Source: Verrucomicrobiota bacterium (GTDB lineage: Bacteria > Verrucomicrobiota > Lentisphaeria > Lentisphaerales > Lentisphaeraceae). From it: 49,788 bases of DNA. Positions 17,126 through 26,201 of this stretch are shown in pieces. The position numbers were made by a program, and so were the translations under genes. A model generated the notes under the pieces. That model was not told the origin of the DNA. It was given only the letters and a program-made list of their open reading frames with translations, and did not search any database. The stretch is from the NCBI GenBank assembly GCA_039798785.1, contig JBDKFG010000032.1:1-49788 (forward strand). Direction: 5' to 3'. Numbering within the stretch: the stretch's first letter is position 1; the number at the start of each line of letters is the position of its first letter.

Positions 17126-17471
17126 ATACTTCGCGCAGATCAGCCGGACGAGGCCCCCAATCTTTGAGCCAAAACCCGTTATGCTCAATGTCAAAAAGCA
17201 CTCCTTGCCGTGGGGCATCCAGCCACTCCCGCAAAGAGGACTCGTCTCCCGAACGCCAATGGGGGAATCGAGGCCCTGTCGGTAACGCGGTTTGAAGAAA
17301 GGCGCGAAGATCCGGAGGAAAGTGGAACCCGAAACGGTTTTCCACGACGGCAACTTCAGCATCCGACAACCCCGTCTCGAACTGAACTCGATGAACCGGA
17401 GAATCAGTTCCGATCACGCCGAATTGATAGGTGGTGCCACGGAGTTGGTCGATGATTTCTTGCCAGTTCAT
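17058..17471 (-). pseudogene. SMI1/KNR4 (SUKH) family immunity-like protein, probably C-terminally truncated
   Basis: GLSDAEVAVVENRFGFHFPPDLRAFLQ...FPHWR...GVLFDIEHNGFWLKDWGPRP. Family-like sequence stops near 17130 and the expected LIPIYxHR-type C-terminal half is absent. Confidence 0.65.
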
Positions 17472-17497
17472 GATGAATCCTATTTGGGTGTAGAGAT

Positions 17498-18016
17498 CTA
17501 CCAATCGCGTTGGCTTTCAGGATAATATTGGTGGTAGAATAGGGTCGTGAAATGTTTTTGATAGAGATGCTTTTCGATCAGTGACTGTAATGGGGTTTGA
17601 GGGTTTTTGTCGAGTTGATCCTTGGGGATGATAGCGATTGTCAAATCGCAATTTCTGCTGACTCGATAATAGCGCTTGGATTTCCTTTCTTCTGGGAATT
17701 TAATCCAATCGCTGATGGAGAGTTTGCATTGAGGGGCACAAGAAGCATTCGTGATGTAATAGAGATTTTTCTGGTCGTAAGGAAATTGGGGGCTAAAGAT
17801 CTGTGTCCCCAGGTCATCATCTTTACTGATAAGGATGCCCTTGAGATTGTTTTCAATCTTGTCGACACTTTGATCGGGGATGTAGTCCAGATCAGTCGCG
17901 GGGCATGCCGAGAATTTAACCCCAGCCATGGACGATGGTGCTGGAGCTGAAGCTGTGCTTTGGCAAGCGGACAAAATCAAAGCGATGAGAAGAATCTTTA
18001 TGGGTTGATAAGGCAT
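17498..18016 (-). CDS. Hypothetical lipoprotein, low GC
   Basis: MPYQPIKILLIALILSAC lipobox; AT-rich codon usage unlike the flanks. Confidence 0.65.
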   Translation of the reverse strand: MPYQPIKILLIALILSACQSTASAPAPSSMAGVKFSACPATDLDYIPDQSVDKIENNLKGILISKDDDLGTQIFSPQFPYDQKNLYYITNASCAPQCKLSISDWIKFPEERKSKRYYRVSRNCDLTIAIIPKDQLDKNPQTPLQSLIEKHLYQKHFTTLFYHQYYPESQRDW

Positions 18017-18149
18017 ACTCGACTCCCGGTTTCCTTCAAGATAAGCCATGAGAGGGCGAGATACAAATTTTTCGCCCAAAAGTTAGCTGCGCCCCACCTC
18101 AGCTCGGACTTAATTTCAGCAAGGCCATGTCCGGGTGAAATCTTCATCC

Positions 18150-21100
18150 TCACTTCATCCCCTTCGCCTTGTCATGAATGCTCTGCGCCAGCGCCGCGGG
18201 GTTTTTCCGTAGATCCAGACAGGAGACGCGGTGAACCTGCCAGCCGAGGCTGCTCAGGGCGGCGGGACGGACGCATTCGCGGTCGGCGAGGGTGGGGGCG
18301 AGGTGAGAGGCGGGGCCGTCGGTGTCGATGCCGAGGAGGAAGCGTCCGGGGTCTTGCGGGTGATGGAGGGCGAGCGGCATGCGCCAACCGCCTTGGCCGA
18401 AGTGGCGGGTGAGTTTCCAGCCCTTGGCTTCGAGATGGCCGGCGAGGGCTTCCTCCAAGGCGTCGCCGCGGTTTGCGGTCAGCGCAGCGGCGCTGCGGGC
18501 CTCGGCGTAGGCGAGGAAGTCGCGCAGGTCGCGGACGCCGCGGGCCTTGGTGCGCGAGGGGTCGATCTGATCGGGGCGCAGCGAGCAGTGGACGGAGATC
18601 TCGCGGCGGGCGCGGGTGATGGCGACGTTGAGACGGCGTTCGCCGCCGAGGCGGTTGAGGGGGCCGAAGTTCATCGCCACCTTGCCGTCTTTGTCGGGGC
18701 CGTAGCCGATCGAGAAGAGGATGACGTCGCGTTCGTCGCCTTGGACGCTTTCGAGATTCTTGACGAAGAAGGGCTCGGGCAGGGCGGCATCGGAGTAGGC
18801 TTCCAGTTCGGGATCGTCCTTGTAGGCGGCGTCGAGCAGGTCGAGAACGAGTTCCTGCTGCGCTTGCGAGAAGGTGACGATGCCGAGCGAGGCCTTGTCG
18901 GGCGAGCCGGCCTTCTTGAGGCGCGCGATGGCGTCGGCGACGACCGCTTGCGCTTCGACGCGGTTGGCGCGGGTGCCGGCGCGGTCGTAGACGCCGGCGC
19001 AGCGGCGCAGGGTGAGCGCCGGGCTGGAGGCGGCGGCGGGGAAGGTGAAGAGCTTGCCTTCGTAGTAACGGGCGTTGGAGAAGGCGATGAGGTCTTCGCT
19101 CTTCGAACGGTAGTGCCAGAGCAGGCGCGAGGAGCGGAAGCCGGCGGCGTGCATCTCGTCGAGCACCGATTCGAGGTCCTCGTAGTCCTCGGCGTCGATC
19201 GAGGGCGCTTCGTCGGCATCCTCCTGGCGGGCGAAGAAGGAGGTCGGCGGCAACTGCTTCGAGTCGCCGACGACGATCGCCGCGTCGCCGCGGGCGAGGA
19301 CGCCGACCGCGTCCCAGGGCGGGATCTGCGAGGCTTCGTCGAAGACGACGAGGTCGAAGGGCGTCATGTCGGGCGAGAGGTGTTGGGCGACCGAGGCCGG
19401 CGACATCAGCAGGCAGGGTTTGAGGGCGGCGAGCAGGGCGGGAGCTTCTTCGAAGAGGCGGCGCGCCGGCTTGTGGCGGGTCTGTTTGCCGATCTCATTG
19501 AGAAGCACCGCCTTCTCCTTGCGCAGCGCGGTCGAGGCGGCGGCGTCGCGGGCGCGGCTGGCGATGGCCGCGTTGGCGGCCTCGCGGCAGAGCTTCTGCA
19601 GTTCCTCGCGGAGCTGGCGGTAGGTGTTGCGCTTGCGCTCTTCTTCGGGACCGAAGAAGCTGGCGAGGCGGGGCGAGGCGGCGATGATTCCTTCCGCCTC
19701 GCGGCTGAGGAGCGAGCGCAGCGCCGCGTCCTTGAACTGGCCCGGGCTGAGGCGTCCCGCCTCGATCGCGGCGACGAGGGAGGCGAGACCCGCGTCGAGC
19801 AGGCGCGAACGCAGGCGGTTCCAGGCGCACCAGCCGGCGAATTCCGAGGTCGCGGCCAACCAGCTTTCGAGCTGGGTGATGCGGATTTTTGCGAAGTCGA
19901 CACAAGGGGCGAGCAGCGAGGTTTCGGGGGCGAGGGCCGCATCGGCGGTTTCGAGGGCGGCCCGGGCGGAGTTTTGCGCTTCCAACAAAGTGGCGGCGGC
20001 GCTGCGGCGGTCCTGGCCGATGAAGGCGACGAGGCTGGCCGGGTCGAGCTTGAGCTTGGCGCAGAGGTCGCGCACGTCGACTTCAGCCTCGACGAAGTCG
20101 GCGGCTTGAGCGGGGGCGGCGAGGAGGGAGTCGACGAGGGTGGCGGGCAGGCTGGCCGAAGCGAGGGCGCGGCGGAGGGCCGTTTCGGCGTCGCGGGTGG
20201 CGCAAAGTTTCTCCATGAGGGCGACGAGGGCCGGGCCGTCGTCGGGCAGGGTGGCTTTGGCGAAACCGGCGAGGAATTTGCGGGCGGCGCGGCGGCCCAT
20301 CCAGGCGGGCAGGAACCAGGAGCTTTGCGAGCTGCGCAAGTCCTGCAGGCGGCTGTCGAGATCGGCCTGTTGCAGGATCTTGAGGTCGAAGAGGCCCTTC
20401 ATTTCGTCGAGTTGGGCGGCGTAGTCGCGGAAGGCGCCTTCGCAGGCCGGGTTGATGCCCGGGCCTTGCAGCAGTTCGGCGGGGAAGCGGCGGGCGAGCG
20501 GGGCCGCCAGGGCGGCGAGCGCCTGGACCTGGTCGAGCGAAGGCAAGGGCGCCGCGATGCCGAAGGCGGTGACGGCGTTTTGCATCGCCTGCAGCTTGGC
20601 GATGGCGGAGAAGTCGGTCGGAATCTGTTGGCAGCGCAGCGCCGCCAGCGGGTGTCCCTTGATCTGCGGCAGTCCCGGCCAGGCGGAGTCGGTTTCGGCG
20701 AGCAGTTCGAGGAGGGATTTCCAGGCTTCCGGGTCGAGCTGGGCGGGGGGCGTGTCGCCGGAGAGCGGGCCGTCGCCGAGGCGGGCGAGTTCTTCGGTGA
20801 GGGCGTAGAGCGAGCGGCCGTTACGGCGCGGCTGGTGCAGTTCTTCGGCGAGCTTGACCAGGTCGGCGCGGGAGGCTTCGAGTTTGGGCAGGGCGGCGGC
20901 GCGGGGATCGGCGGGAGCGGCTTTTGCTCCTTCCGCAGCTTCGAGGGCGAGCTTGAGCTGGGCGACGACGGCTTTTTTGTCGGCCTTGCGGGCGTGCAGT
21001 TCGAGGCACCAGGGGGCGAGGCCCTGGGCGGCGAGGCGGCGCTGCACCACTTCCAGCGCGGCGTTCTTTTCGGCGACGAAGAGGACGCGTTGGCCGAGGC

Positions 21101-23147
21101 AGAGGGCGTGGGTGATCAGGTTGGTGATGGTCTGCGACTTGCCGGTGCCGGGAGGGCCTTCGAGGACGAAGCTGCGTTTGGCGCCGGCGGCGGCGACGGC
21201 GGCGAGCTGCGACGAGTCGGCGGGCAGCGGCGCGCAGAGGCGGGCGAGCTCGGCGTCCATCGCCGCGGGCGAGGGCAGTTCGTCGCCGATCAGGTGTTGC
21301 GGCGCCTCGCGGCTGAGGAGACCCTGGACGACCGGGTGGGAGAGCACCTTCTGGTCGGGGCGGTTGAGGTCGGCCCAGAGGAGGTATTTCTGGAAGGAGA
21401 AGAAGCCGATCCAGGCTTCGTCGCGCAGTTCCCATCCGGCCTGGGCGGCGATCGCCTGGCGGGCGTGGGCGAAGATGCGGGCGACGTCGAGGCCCTTGTC
21501 ATCGGTGGGCAGGTCGGCGGTGAGGACGGAGAGGTCGATGCCGTAGTTGAGGCGGAGGAATTCGACCAGGGTGGAGTTGATGCGCGGCTCGTCGTCGCCG
21601 ATTTCGAGCTCGAAGCCTTCGCCGCGGGCGCGGCGGCTGAGGTAGACCGGGATGAGCAGGAGCGGCGCGAGGCGAGGCTTGTCGGCCTTGGGCGTTTCGC
21701 GCCAGGCGAGGAGGCCGAGGGCGAGGTAGAGCGAGTTCGAGCCGGTCTCCTCTTCGAGCGAGCGGGCTTCGCGGTAGATCTTGGTGCCGCGCTTGTCGAA
21801 TTCCTCCTCGTCGCAGGCGCTGAGGCAGCGGCCGCGCGAGAAGGCCTCGCTGATCTGCTCCGCGCCGGGCAGTTCGCCGCCGCCCTTCTTCTTGCTCTCG
21901 GGGCGAGGCAGGAGGCAGAGCGTTTTCTCGGCGCTGAGGAGATCTTCGAGTTCGCCGAGGCTGGGCGGCAGGAGGCGGAGCGTGCCGCTCGAGTCGCGGA
22001 AGTTGAGCATGCGGTTGCGCAGCGAGAGGTCGAGGAGGCGGCGCTTCCAGCGTTCGAGGCGGGCGTTTTTCGGTTCGGTGGCGCGCGGGTCGAGGGGTGC
22101 GGGGCGTTCGGGGGCGGCGGGGAGGACCAGTTTTGCGGCGTCCGCGGCGGCGCTGGCCGGCTGGGCGGCGGCGCCGATGGGCAGCGGCGTGAAGCCGCAG
22201 AGGCGGGCCGAGGCGAGGTCGATGGCGAGGAATTCGCCCTGCGGTTTTTCGAGGCGGCTGAGGCCGGCGCGGCGGGCCTCGTCGAAGCTGGCGCCGTGGC
22301 TGGTGGTTTCGAGCAGGGCGATTTCGCCGAGGCGGAAGAGATTGCGCAGGCGCTCGGGGTCGGCGACGAGGGTTTCTCCGAGGCGGCGCTGACCGAGCCA
22401 GAAGCCGAGCCAGGCGTGGTTCTGGTCGAGGAGGATCAGCGGGGCGAGGCCGGCCTGTTCGAGGAGGGCGGCCCAGAGCACCGTGGTGTCGAGGCAGCAG
22501 CCGATCTTGTCGGCGAGGGTTTCGTGGGGCAGGCGGATCTTCTGTCCCTGCGCCTCGAAGGAGGCCGGCGGCACGGCGTAGCTGAGCTGGCGGGCGGCGA
22601 GGGCGGCGTGGATCGCGGCGGCGATGGCGAGGGGGCGTTCGATCTGGCCGGAGAGGTAGCCGTCGAGGGCGCCGGATCCGGTCGCCTTGTCGAGGGCGGT
22701 CGAGGCCGATTTGAGCACTTCCGCGAGGGCCGGGTGGTTGGGGGTGACGAAGCAGGCGAGGGATTCGGCGATGTGGTCGCTGCCCGACCACTGGCCGGCG
22801 GCGAGCAGTTCGCAGCGGCTCGAGCTGCTGGCGATTTCGCGTCCGCCGCAAAGGACGCTGAGCTTGAGGTCGATGAACTCGCGTTCGCGTTGCGCGGCGA
22901 GGGAGGCGGCGGCGAGGCGGAAGCCCGTGGCGTCGAAGCGGCGTTTCTCGCCGGCGGCGAGGGAGTCGAGCTGGATCTCCCAGGGAGCGGTGCGCGGCGG
23001 TGTCGACTCGAGGCGGAGCGTCAGGCCGGAGAGCGCCTCGCCGCCGCCGTTGTCGAGCGTGAAGCCGTCGACCAGGGCGAGGCCGGCGGTTTCGAAGGAC
23101 CAGGAGAAGAGCGGAGCGGCGTGAAGGGAGAGCTGGAGCTGGGGCAT
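18150..23147 (-). CDS. DUF4011 + SF1 (UPF1/DNA2-like) helicase + Vsr/MTES_1575-like domain protein (Hhe-type, putative anti-phage)
   Basis: WKRRLLDLSLRNRMLNF (DUF4011), GPPGTGKSQTI (Walker A), VFDEASQ, VGDSKQLPP, LLWHYRS, KNLESVQGDERD, RRLNVAITRAR and C-terminal LGWQVHRV. Confidence 0.9.
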   Translation of the reverse strand: MPQLQLSLHAAPLFSWSFETAGLALVDGFTLDNGGGEALSGLTLRLESTPPRTAPWEIQLDSLAAGEKRRFDATGFRLAAASLAAQREREFIDLKLSVLCGGREIASSSSRCELLAAGQWSGSDHIAESLACFVTPNHPALAEVLKSASTALDKATGSGALDGYLSGQIERPLAIAAAIHAALAARQLSYAVPPASFEAQGQKIRLPHETLADKIGCCLDTTVLWAALLEQAGLAPLILLDQNHAWLGFWLGQRRLGETLVADPERLRNLFRLGEIALLETTSHGASFDEARRAGLSRLEKPQGEFLAIDLASARLCGFTPLPIGAAAQPASAAADAAKLVLPAAPERPAPLDPRATEPKNARLERWKRRLLDLSLRNRMLNFRDSSGTLRLLPPSLGELEDLLSAEKTLCLLPRPESKKKGGGELPGAEQISEAFSRGRCLSACDEEEFDKRGTKIYREARSLEEETGSNSLYLALGLLAWRETPKADKPRLAPLLLIPVYLSRRARGEGFELEIGDDEPRINSTLVEFLRLNYGIDLSVLTADLPTDDKGLDVARIFAHARQAIAAQAGWELRDEAWIGFFSFQKYLLWADLNRPDQKVLSHPVVQGLLSREAPQHLIGDELPSPAAMDAELARLCAPLPADSSQLAAVAAAGAKRSFVLEGPPGTGKSQTITNLITHALCLGQRVLFVAEKNAALEVVQRRLAAQGLAPWCLELHARKADKKAVVAQLKLALEAAEGAKAAPADPRAAALPKLEASRADLVKLAEELHQPRRNGRSLYALTEELARLGDGPLSGDTPPAQLDPEAWKSLLELLAETDSAWPGLPQIKGHPLAALRCQQIPTDFSAIAKLQAMQNAVTAFGIAAPLPSLDQVQALAALAAPLARRFPAELLQGPGINPACEGAFRDYAAQLDEMKGLFDLKILQQADLDSRLQDLRSSQSSWFLPAWMGRRAARKFLAGFAKATLPDDGPALVALMEKLCATRDAETALRRALASASLPATLVDSLLAAPAQAADFVEAEVDVRDLCAKLKLDPASLVAFIGQDRRSAAATLLEAQNSARAALETADAALAPETSLLAPCVDFAKIRITQLESWLAATSEFAGWCAWNRLRSRLLDAGLASLVAAIEAGRLSPGQFKDAALRSLLSREAEGIIAASPRLASFFGPEEERKRNTYRQLREELQKLCREAANAAIASRARDAAASTALRKEKAVLLNEIGKQTRHKPARRLFEEAPALLAALKPCLLMSPASVAQHLSPDMTPFDLVVFDEASQIPPWDAVGVLARGDAAIVVGDSKQLPPTSFFARQEDADEAPSIDAEDYEDLESVLDEMHAAGFRSSRLLWHYRSKSEDLIAFSNARYYEGKLFTFPAAASSPALTLRRCAGVYDRAGTRANRVEAQAVVADAIARLKKAGSPDKASLGIVTFSQAQQELVLDLLDAAYKDDPELEAYSDAALPEPFFVKNLESVQGDERDVILFSIGYGPDKDGKVAMNFGPLNRLGGERRLNVAITRARREISVHCSLRPDQIDPSRTKARGVRDLRDFLAYAEARSAAALTANRGDALEEALAGHLEAKGWKLTRHFGQGGWRMPLALHHPQDPGRFLLGIDTDGPASHLAPTLADRECVRPAALSSLGWQVHRVSCLDLRKNPAALAQSIHDKAKGMK

Positions 23148-23243
23148 GCGACGATTCCTTGGGCGATGGGATGAGCCCAATCTAAGCTCGAAAGAGGCAA
23201 AAGGCCAAATGCCCAGAAAGCTCAGGAACCCTAGCGGCGGACG

Positions 23244-23276
23244 AAAATGACCGGCGAGGCAGGTGCCTCGCCGGTC
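23244..23276 (-). terminator. Terminator-like hairpin
   Basis: GACCGGCGAGGC-aggt-GCCTCGCCGGTC, a 12-bp stem with a short U tract on the minus strand. Confidence 0.6.
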
Positions 23277-23299
23277 TTAAACCATGCAGGAATAGAGAA

Positions 23300-24166
23300 T
23301 CAAGGCTTCTTTTCGAGAGCCAGGCCGGTGGCGCGGACGAAGCCGATGCACTGACCGATCTCGGCGGCGTTGTCGTTCCACAGGGCTTCGAACTCGACCG
23401 AGAGGTTGCCCTTGAAACCTTGGCGCTTCAGCTCGGCGAGGCAGCCGGCGATGTCTGAGACGCCGGTGCCGAAGGGAATGCAAGGGGTTTCATGGCCGAT
23501 GGCGCTGCGGTCCTTGACATGAGAAGAGAGGACGCGGCCTTCAAGGATCTTCAGGCCGTCGATGGGTTTGATTCCAGACGTGGCCCAGTGGCCGAGATCA
23601 GCGCAAGCTCCGATGCGCGGGTCGCGGTCTTTCACCAGAGCCGCGATGTAGTTCGGGTCCCAGACCTTGTAGCCGGGCTGTTTTTCGCGGCGCGGGTGGC
23701 CATGGTAGGCGACGCAGATGTCGAATTCCTTCACCAGTTTCTCGATCACGTCGATCGACTCATCGGATTCGGTGGTGATGCAATACAGCTCCATCTTCTT
23801 GGCGAACTCGAAGATCTTGCGAGCCTCGGTTTCGTTGTTGGGGATGCCGATGACGCCGAGATTGACGGCGCGGACCTTGTGCTTGGAGAGATGGGCTTTC
23901 AGGGCGGCGATCTGATCATCGCTCATGCCAGGGCCGATCTTGCCTTTGTCTTCACGGGAAATCTGCTGGCCGGGGAAGATCTCGATCACCTTGCCGCCGC
24001 ACTTGGCGTTCTTTTCGATCGCTTCATAGCAAGAGAAGCGGTTGAAGGACCAGGCCTGAGCGCCGACGGCGAAGCCGCCCTGGCGATCTTCGTCGCGGAT
24101 TTCGACGGCGGAGGCACCGAGGGCAAAGGAGCAGAGGGCGAAGAGCGAGAGAGCCGATTTGATCAT
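23300..24166 (-). CDS. Exported sugar-phosphate isomerase/epimerase (AP_endonuc_2 TIM barrel)
   Basis: Signal peptide, QAWSFNRF, IEIFPGQ, GACADLGHW, HVKD and SVEFE. Confidence 0.88.
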   Translation of the reverse strand: MIKSALSLFALCSFALGASAVEIRDEDRQGGFAVGAQAWSFNRFSCYEAIEKNAKCGGKVIEIFPGQQISREDKGKIGPGMSDDQIAALKAHLSKHKVRAVNLGVIGIPNNETEARKIFEFAKKMELYCITTESDESIDVIEKLVKEFDICVAYHGHPRREKQPGYKVWDPNYIAALVKDRDPRIGACADLGHWATSGIKPIDGLKILEGRVLSSHVKDRSAIGHETPCIPFGTGVSDIAGCLAELKRQGFKGNLSVEFEALWNDNAAEIGQCIGFVRATGLALEKKP

Positions 24167-24287
24167 GACTTTCCATCCTTTTCTTGGTTGCGTATTCTTG
24201 GGGACCGGGCGAAGTTCAACTCTGAACATGCCTTGTCAGACGGCTTCTGGGCAGACATGTTTCTCGAAAAACTGTCAAGGTGACGCA

Positions 24288-25046
24288 ATGTTCATGCTAA
24301 AAAAGCTCCTGGGAGACTTCTTCTCTCCCTTGCCGATCTGCTTCCTGGTGGTCGCCATCGGACTGATTCTCGACTGGGGAGGCTGGCGGAAGCGCCTCGG
24401 CCGCATGCTGGTCGTCGCGGGCATTCTGTGGCTGCTTCTCACCTCCGGCGGTCCCTTGCCGCGCTGGGCGATCTGGCAGCTGGAAAAAGAGGAGAGCCCG
24501 ATGAGCTTGCCGGTGCCGGGGGTCACACTGGTTCACGTCCTGGGGTCAGGTCATTCCAGCCGCGAGGACTTTCCCGCCTCGGTGCGGCTCGGTGAGGAAG
24601 GGCTGAAGCGCTTGACCGAAGGGGTGCGAGTGTGGCGTATGTGCCCGGGGGCGAAAATGCTGCTCACCGGCTACGGCGGCGCCGACGCCACTGGTAACGC
24701 CGAGATCATGAGGCGGGTGGCGATCAGTCTCGGGGTCGACGAGAAGGCCATCGTGTGGGACAGCTCACCCCGCGACACCCGGGAGGAGCTGTCGCGTTGC
24801 CGGCAGGAGCTGGCCGGAGGCGGGCGGGTGCTGGTGGTCAGCTCGGCTTCGCACCTGCCGCGGGCAAGGCTCCTATGCCGCAGTCTCGGCATCGACGCGT
24901 CCTACTCCGCTGCCTACTTCCATGCCGCAGAAGGTCCTTGGCCAAGCAACTGGCGCCACCTTCTGCCGGGATCCGGCGCTTTGCGCTGCAGCGAGCGGGC
25001 GATGTATGAAGGCGCCGGCCTGGTTTGGGCCTGGCTTCGGGATTGA
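24288..25046 (+). CDS. elyC: ElyC/YdcF (DUF218) envelope biogenesis protein
   Basis: MFMLKKLLG...PLP, HVLGSGH, RLTEGVR, RDTREE, VSSASHLPRA and ERAMYE. Confidence 0.8.
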   Translation: MFMLKKLLGDFFSPLPICFLVVAIGLILDWGGWRKRLGRMLVVAGILWLLLTSGGPLPRWAIWQLEKEESPMSLPVPGVTLVHVLGSGHSSREDFPASVRLGEEGLKRLTEGVRVWRMCPGAKMLLTGYGGADATGNAEIMRRVAISLGVDEKAIVWDSSPRDTREELSRCRQELAGGGRVLVVSSASHLPRARLLCRSLGIDASYSAAYFHAAEGPWPSNWRHLLPGSGALRCSERAMYEGAGLVWAWLRD

Positions 25047-25052
25047 CGCGAA

Positions 25053-25967
25053 TCAATACCCTTTGGCGAAATCGACCTCGCCGCGCAATTTCTCCCCCTT
25101 CAAATAGGCGTCGAGATTGGCGAGGAAGAGCTCGGCCACTTGCCAAGGGTAGCTCAAGGCAGAGCAATGAGGGCTGACAATGCAGCCGGGCGCCTGCCAA
25201 AGCGGGCTGTCAGGGCTGAGCGGTTCACGGGCAAAGACGTCGAGAATGGCGCCGCCGAGATGTCCGGATTGCAGAGCCGTCGACAAGGCCTCTTCGTCGA
25301 TCAGGCTGCCGCGTCCGGCGTTGATCAGCACTGCTCCCGGCTTCATCCGGGCCAAGGACAAGGAGTTGATCAGGCCGCGTGTCGACGGGGTGTCGGGAAG
25401 GGTGAAGAGGAAGTAGTCCGGCTCCGCGAGGAAGGCGTCGAAATCCTCCGCACCGAAGCAGGGGATCCCCTCCGGACCCTGGCCGCTGCGGGAATAGCCG
25501 CTGACTCTCATGCCGAAATGGCGAGCGGTGGCGGCGAGGTGGGCACCGATCTCGCCCAGTCCTGCCAGCCCAAGATGCAGGGTCGAGAGCAGCCGGTAGG
25601 GCCGCGGCTCCCAACGCTTGCCCGCCTGGGCCGATGCGAGGGAGGAGAAGCCGCGCTCCCGGGAGATGATCTGAGCGAAAGCCCACTCTGCCATTGCAGG
25701 ACCGAAGATCCCGGTGACCCGGCTAAGACGGTAGTCACGGCGCTGCCCCGCCTTCATCAGGGCGTCGACGCCAGCAAAGGTCGATTGCGCCCAACGCAAA
25801 TTCGGACTCTGATCCAAAACCGCCGCAAGCTCGACCGGACGCCCGATCAGGATCTCCGCCTCGGCCGGTGAATCGACCAAGATGACGCTGGCTGGAAGCC
25901 GCCCCTCTAAGAGCGGCAACCAAGTGGCGCTGTCGGCGGTGACAAGACAGATTCGGCAGGGAGTCAT
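25053..25967 (-). CDS. D-2-hydroxyacid dehydrogenase (NAD-binding)
   Basis: WAQSTFAGVD, GLGEIG, LPDTPSTRGLI, LINAGRG, LDVFAREPL and SPH. Confidence 0.92.
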   Translation of the reverse strand: MTPCRICLVTADSATWLPLLEGRLPASVILVDSPAEAEILIGRPVELAAVLDQSPNLRWAQSTFAGVDALMKAGQRRDYRLSRVTGIFGPAMAEWAFAQIISRERGFSSLASAQAGKRWEPRPYRLLSTLHLGLAGLGEIGAHLAATARHFGMRVSGYSRSGQGPEGIPCFGAEDFDAFLAEPDYFLFTLPDTPSTRGLINSLSLARMKPGAVLINAGRGSLIDEEALSTALQSGHLGGAILDVFAREPLSPDSPLWQAPGCIVSPHCSALSYPWQVAELFLANLDAYLKGEKLRGEVDFAKGY

Positions 25968-26090
25968 CGGGCTTCCTCAGTTGATGCCACGCAGATTAAC
26001 CCCTCCTCTTCATCCGCCCACTCCATCGATGACGCTTAAATCACGAGTTCCGGAAATTCCTCGTGTGACATTAATTTTTCTCACTAGCCC

Positions 26091-26155
26091 TTGCATTTTT
26101 ATCTAATCATTTTACAATTGCGTCACGAATCATCAGAGTTGTTACAAATTTGTAA
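26091..26155 (+). promoter_or_regulatory. Putative sigma70-type promoter and palindromic operator upstream of GSIII
   Basis: TTGCAT-N16-TACAAT (26091-26118) and the perfect 14-bp palindrome TTACAAATTTGTAA (26142-26155). Confidence 0.45.
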
Positions 26156-26201
26156 AAACCCTGTGAATAAGTCCCCCAAACCCCAAGCAAGGACACCCAG
26201 C

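Noticed and set aside
18083..18094. 12-bp match (GGGCGCAGCTAA) to 28971-28982 and a vague attC-like look
   Set aside because: 12-mer matches are expected by chance in 50 kb, and there are no paired RYYYAAC/GTTRRRY boxes.
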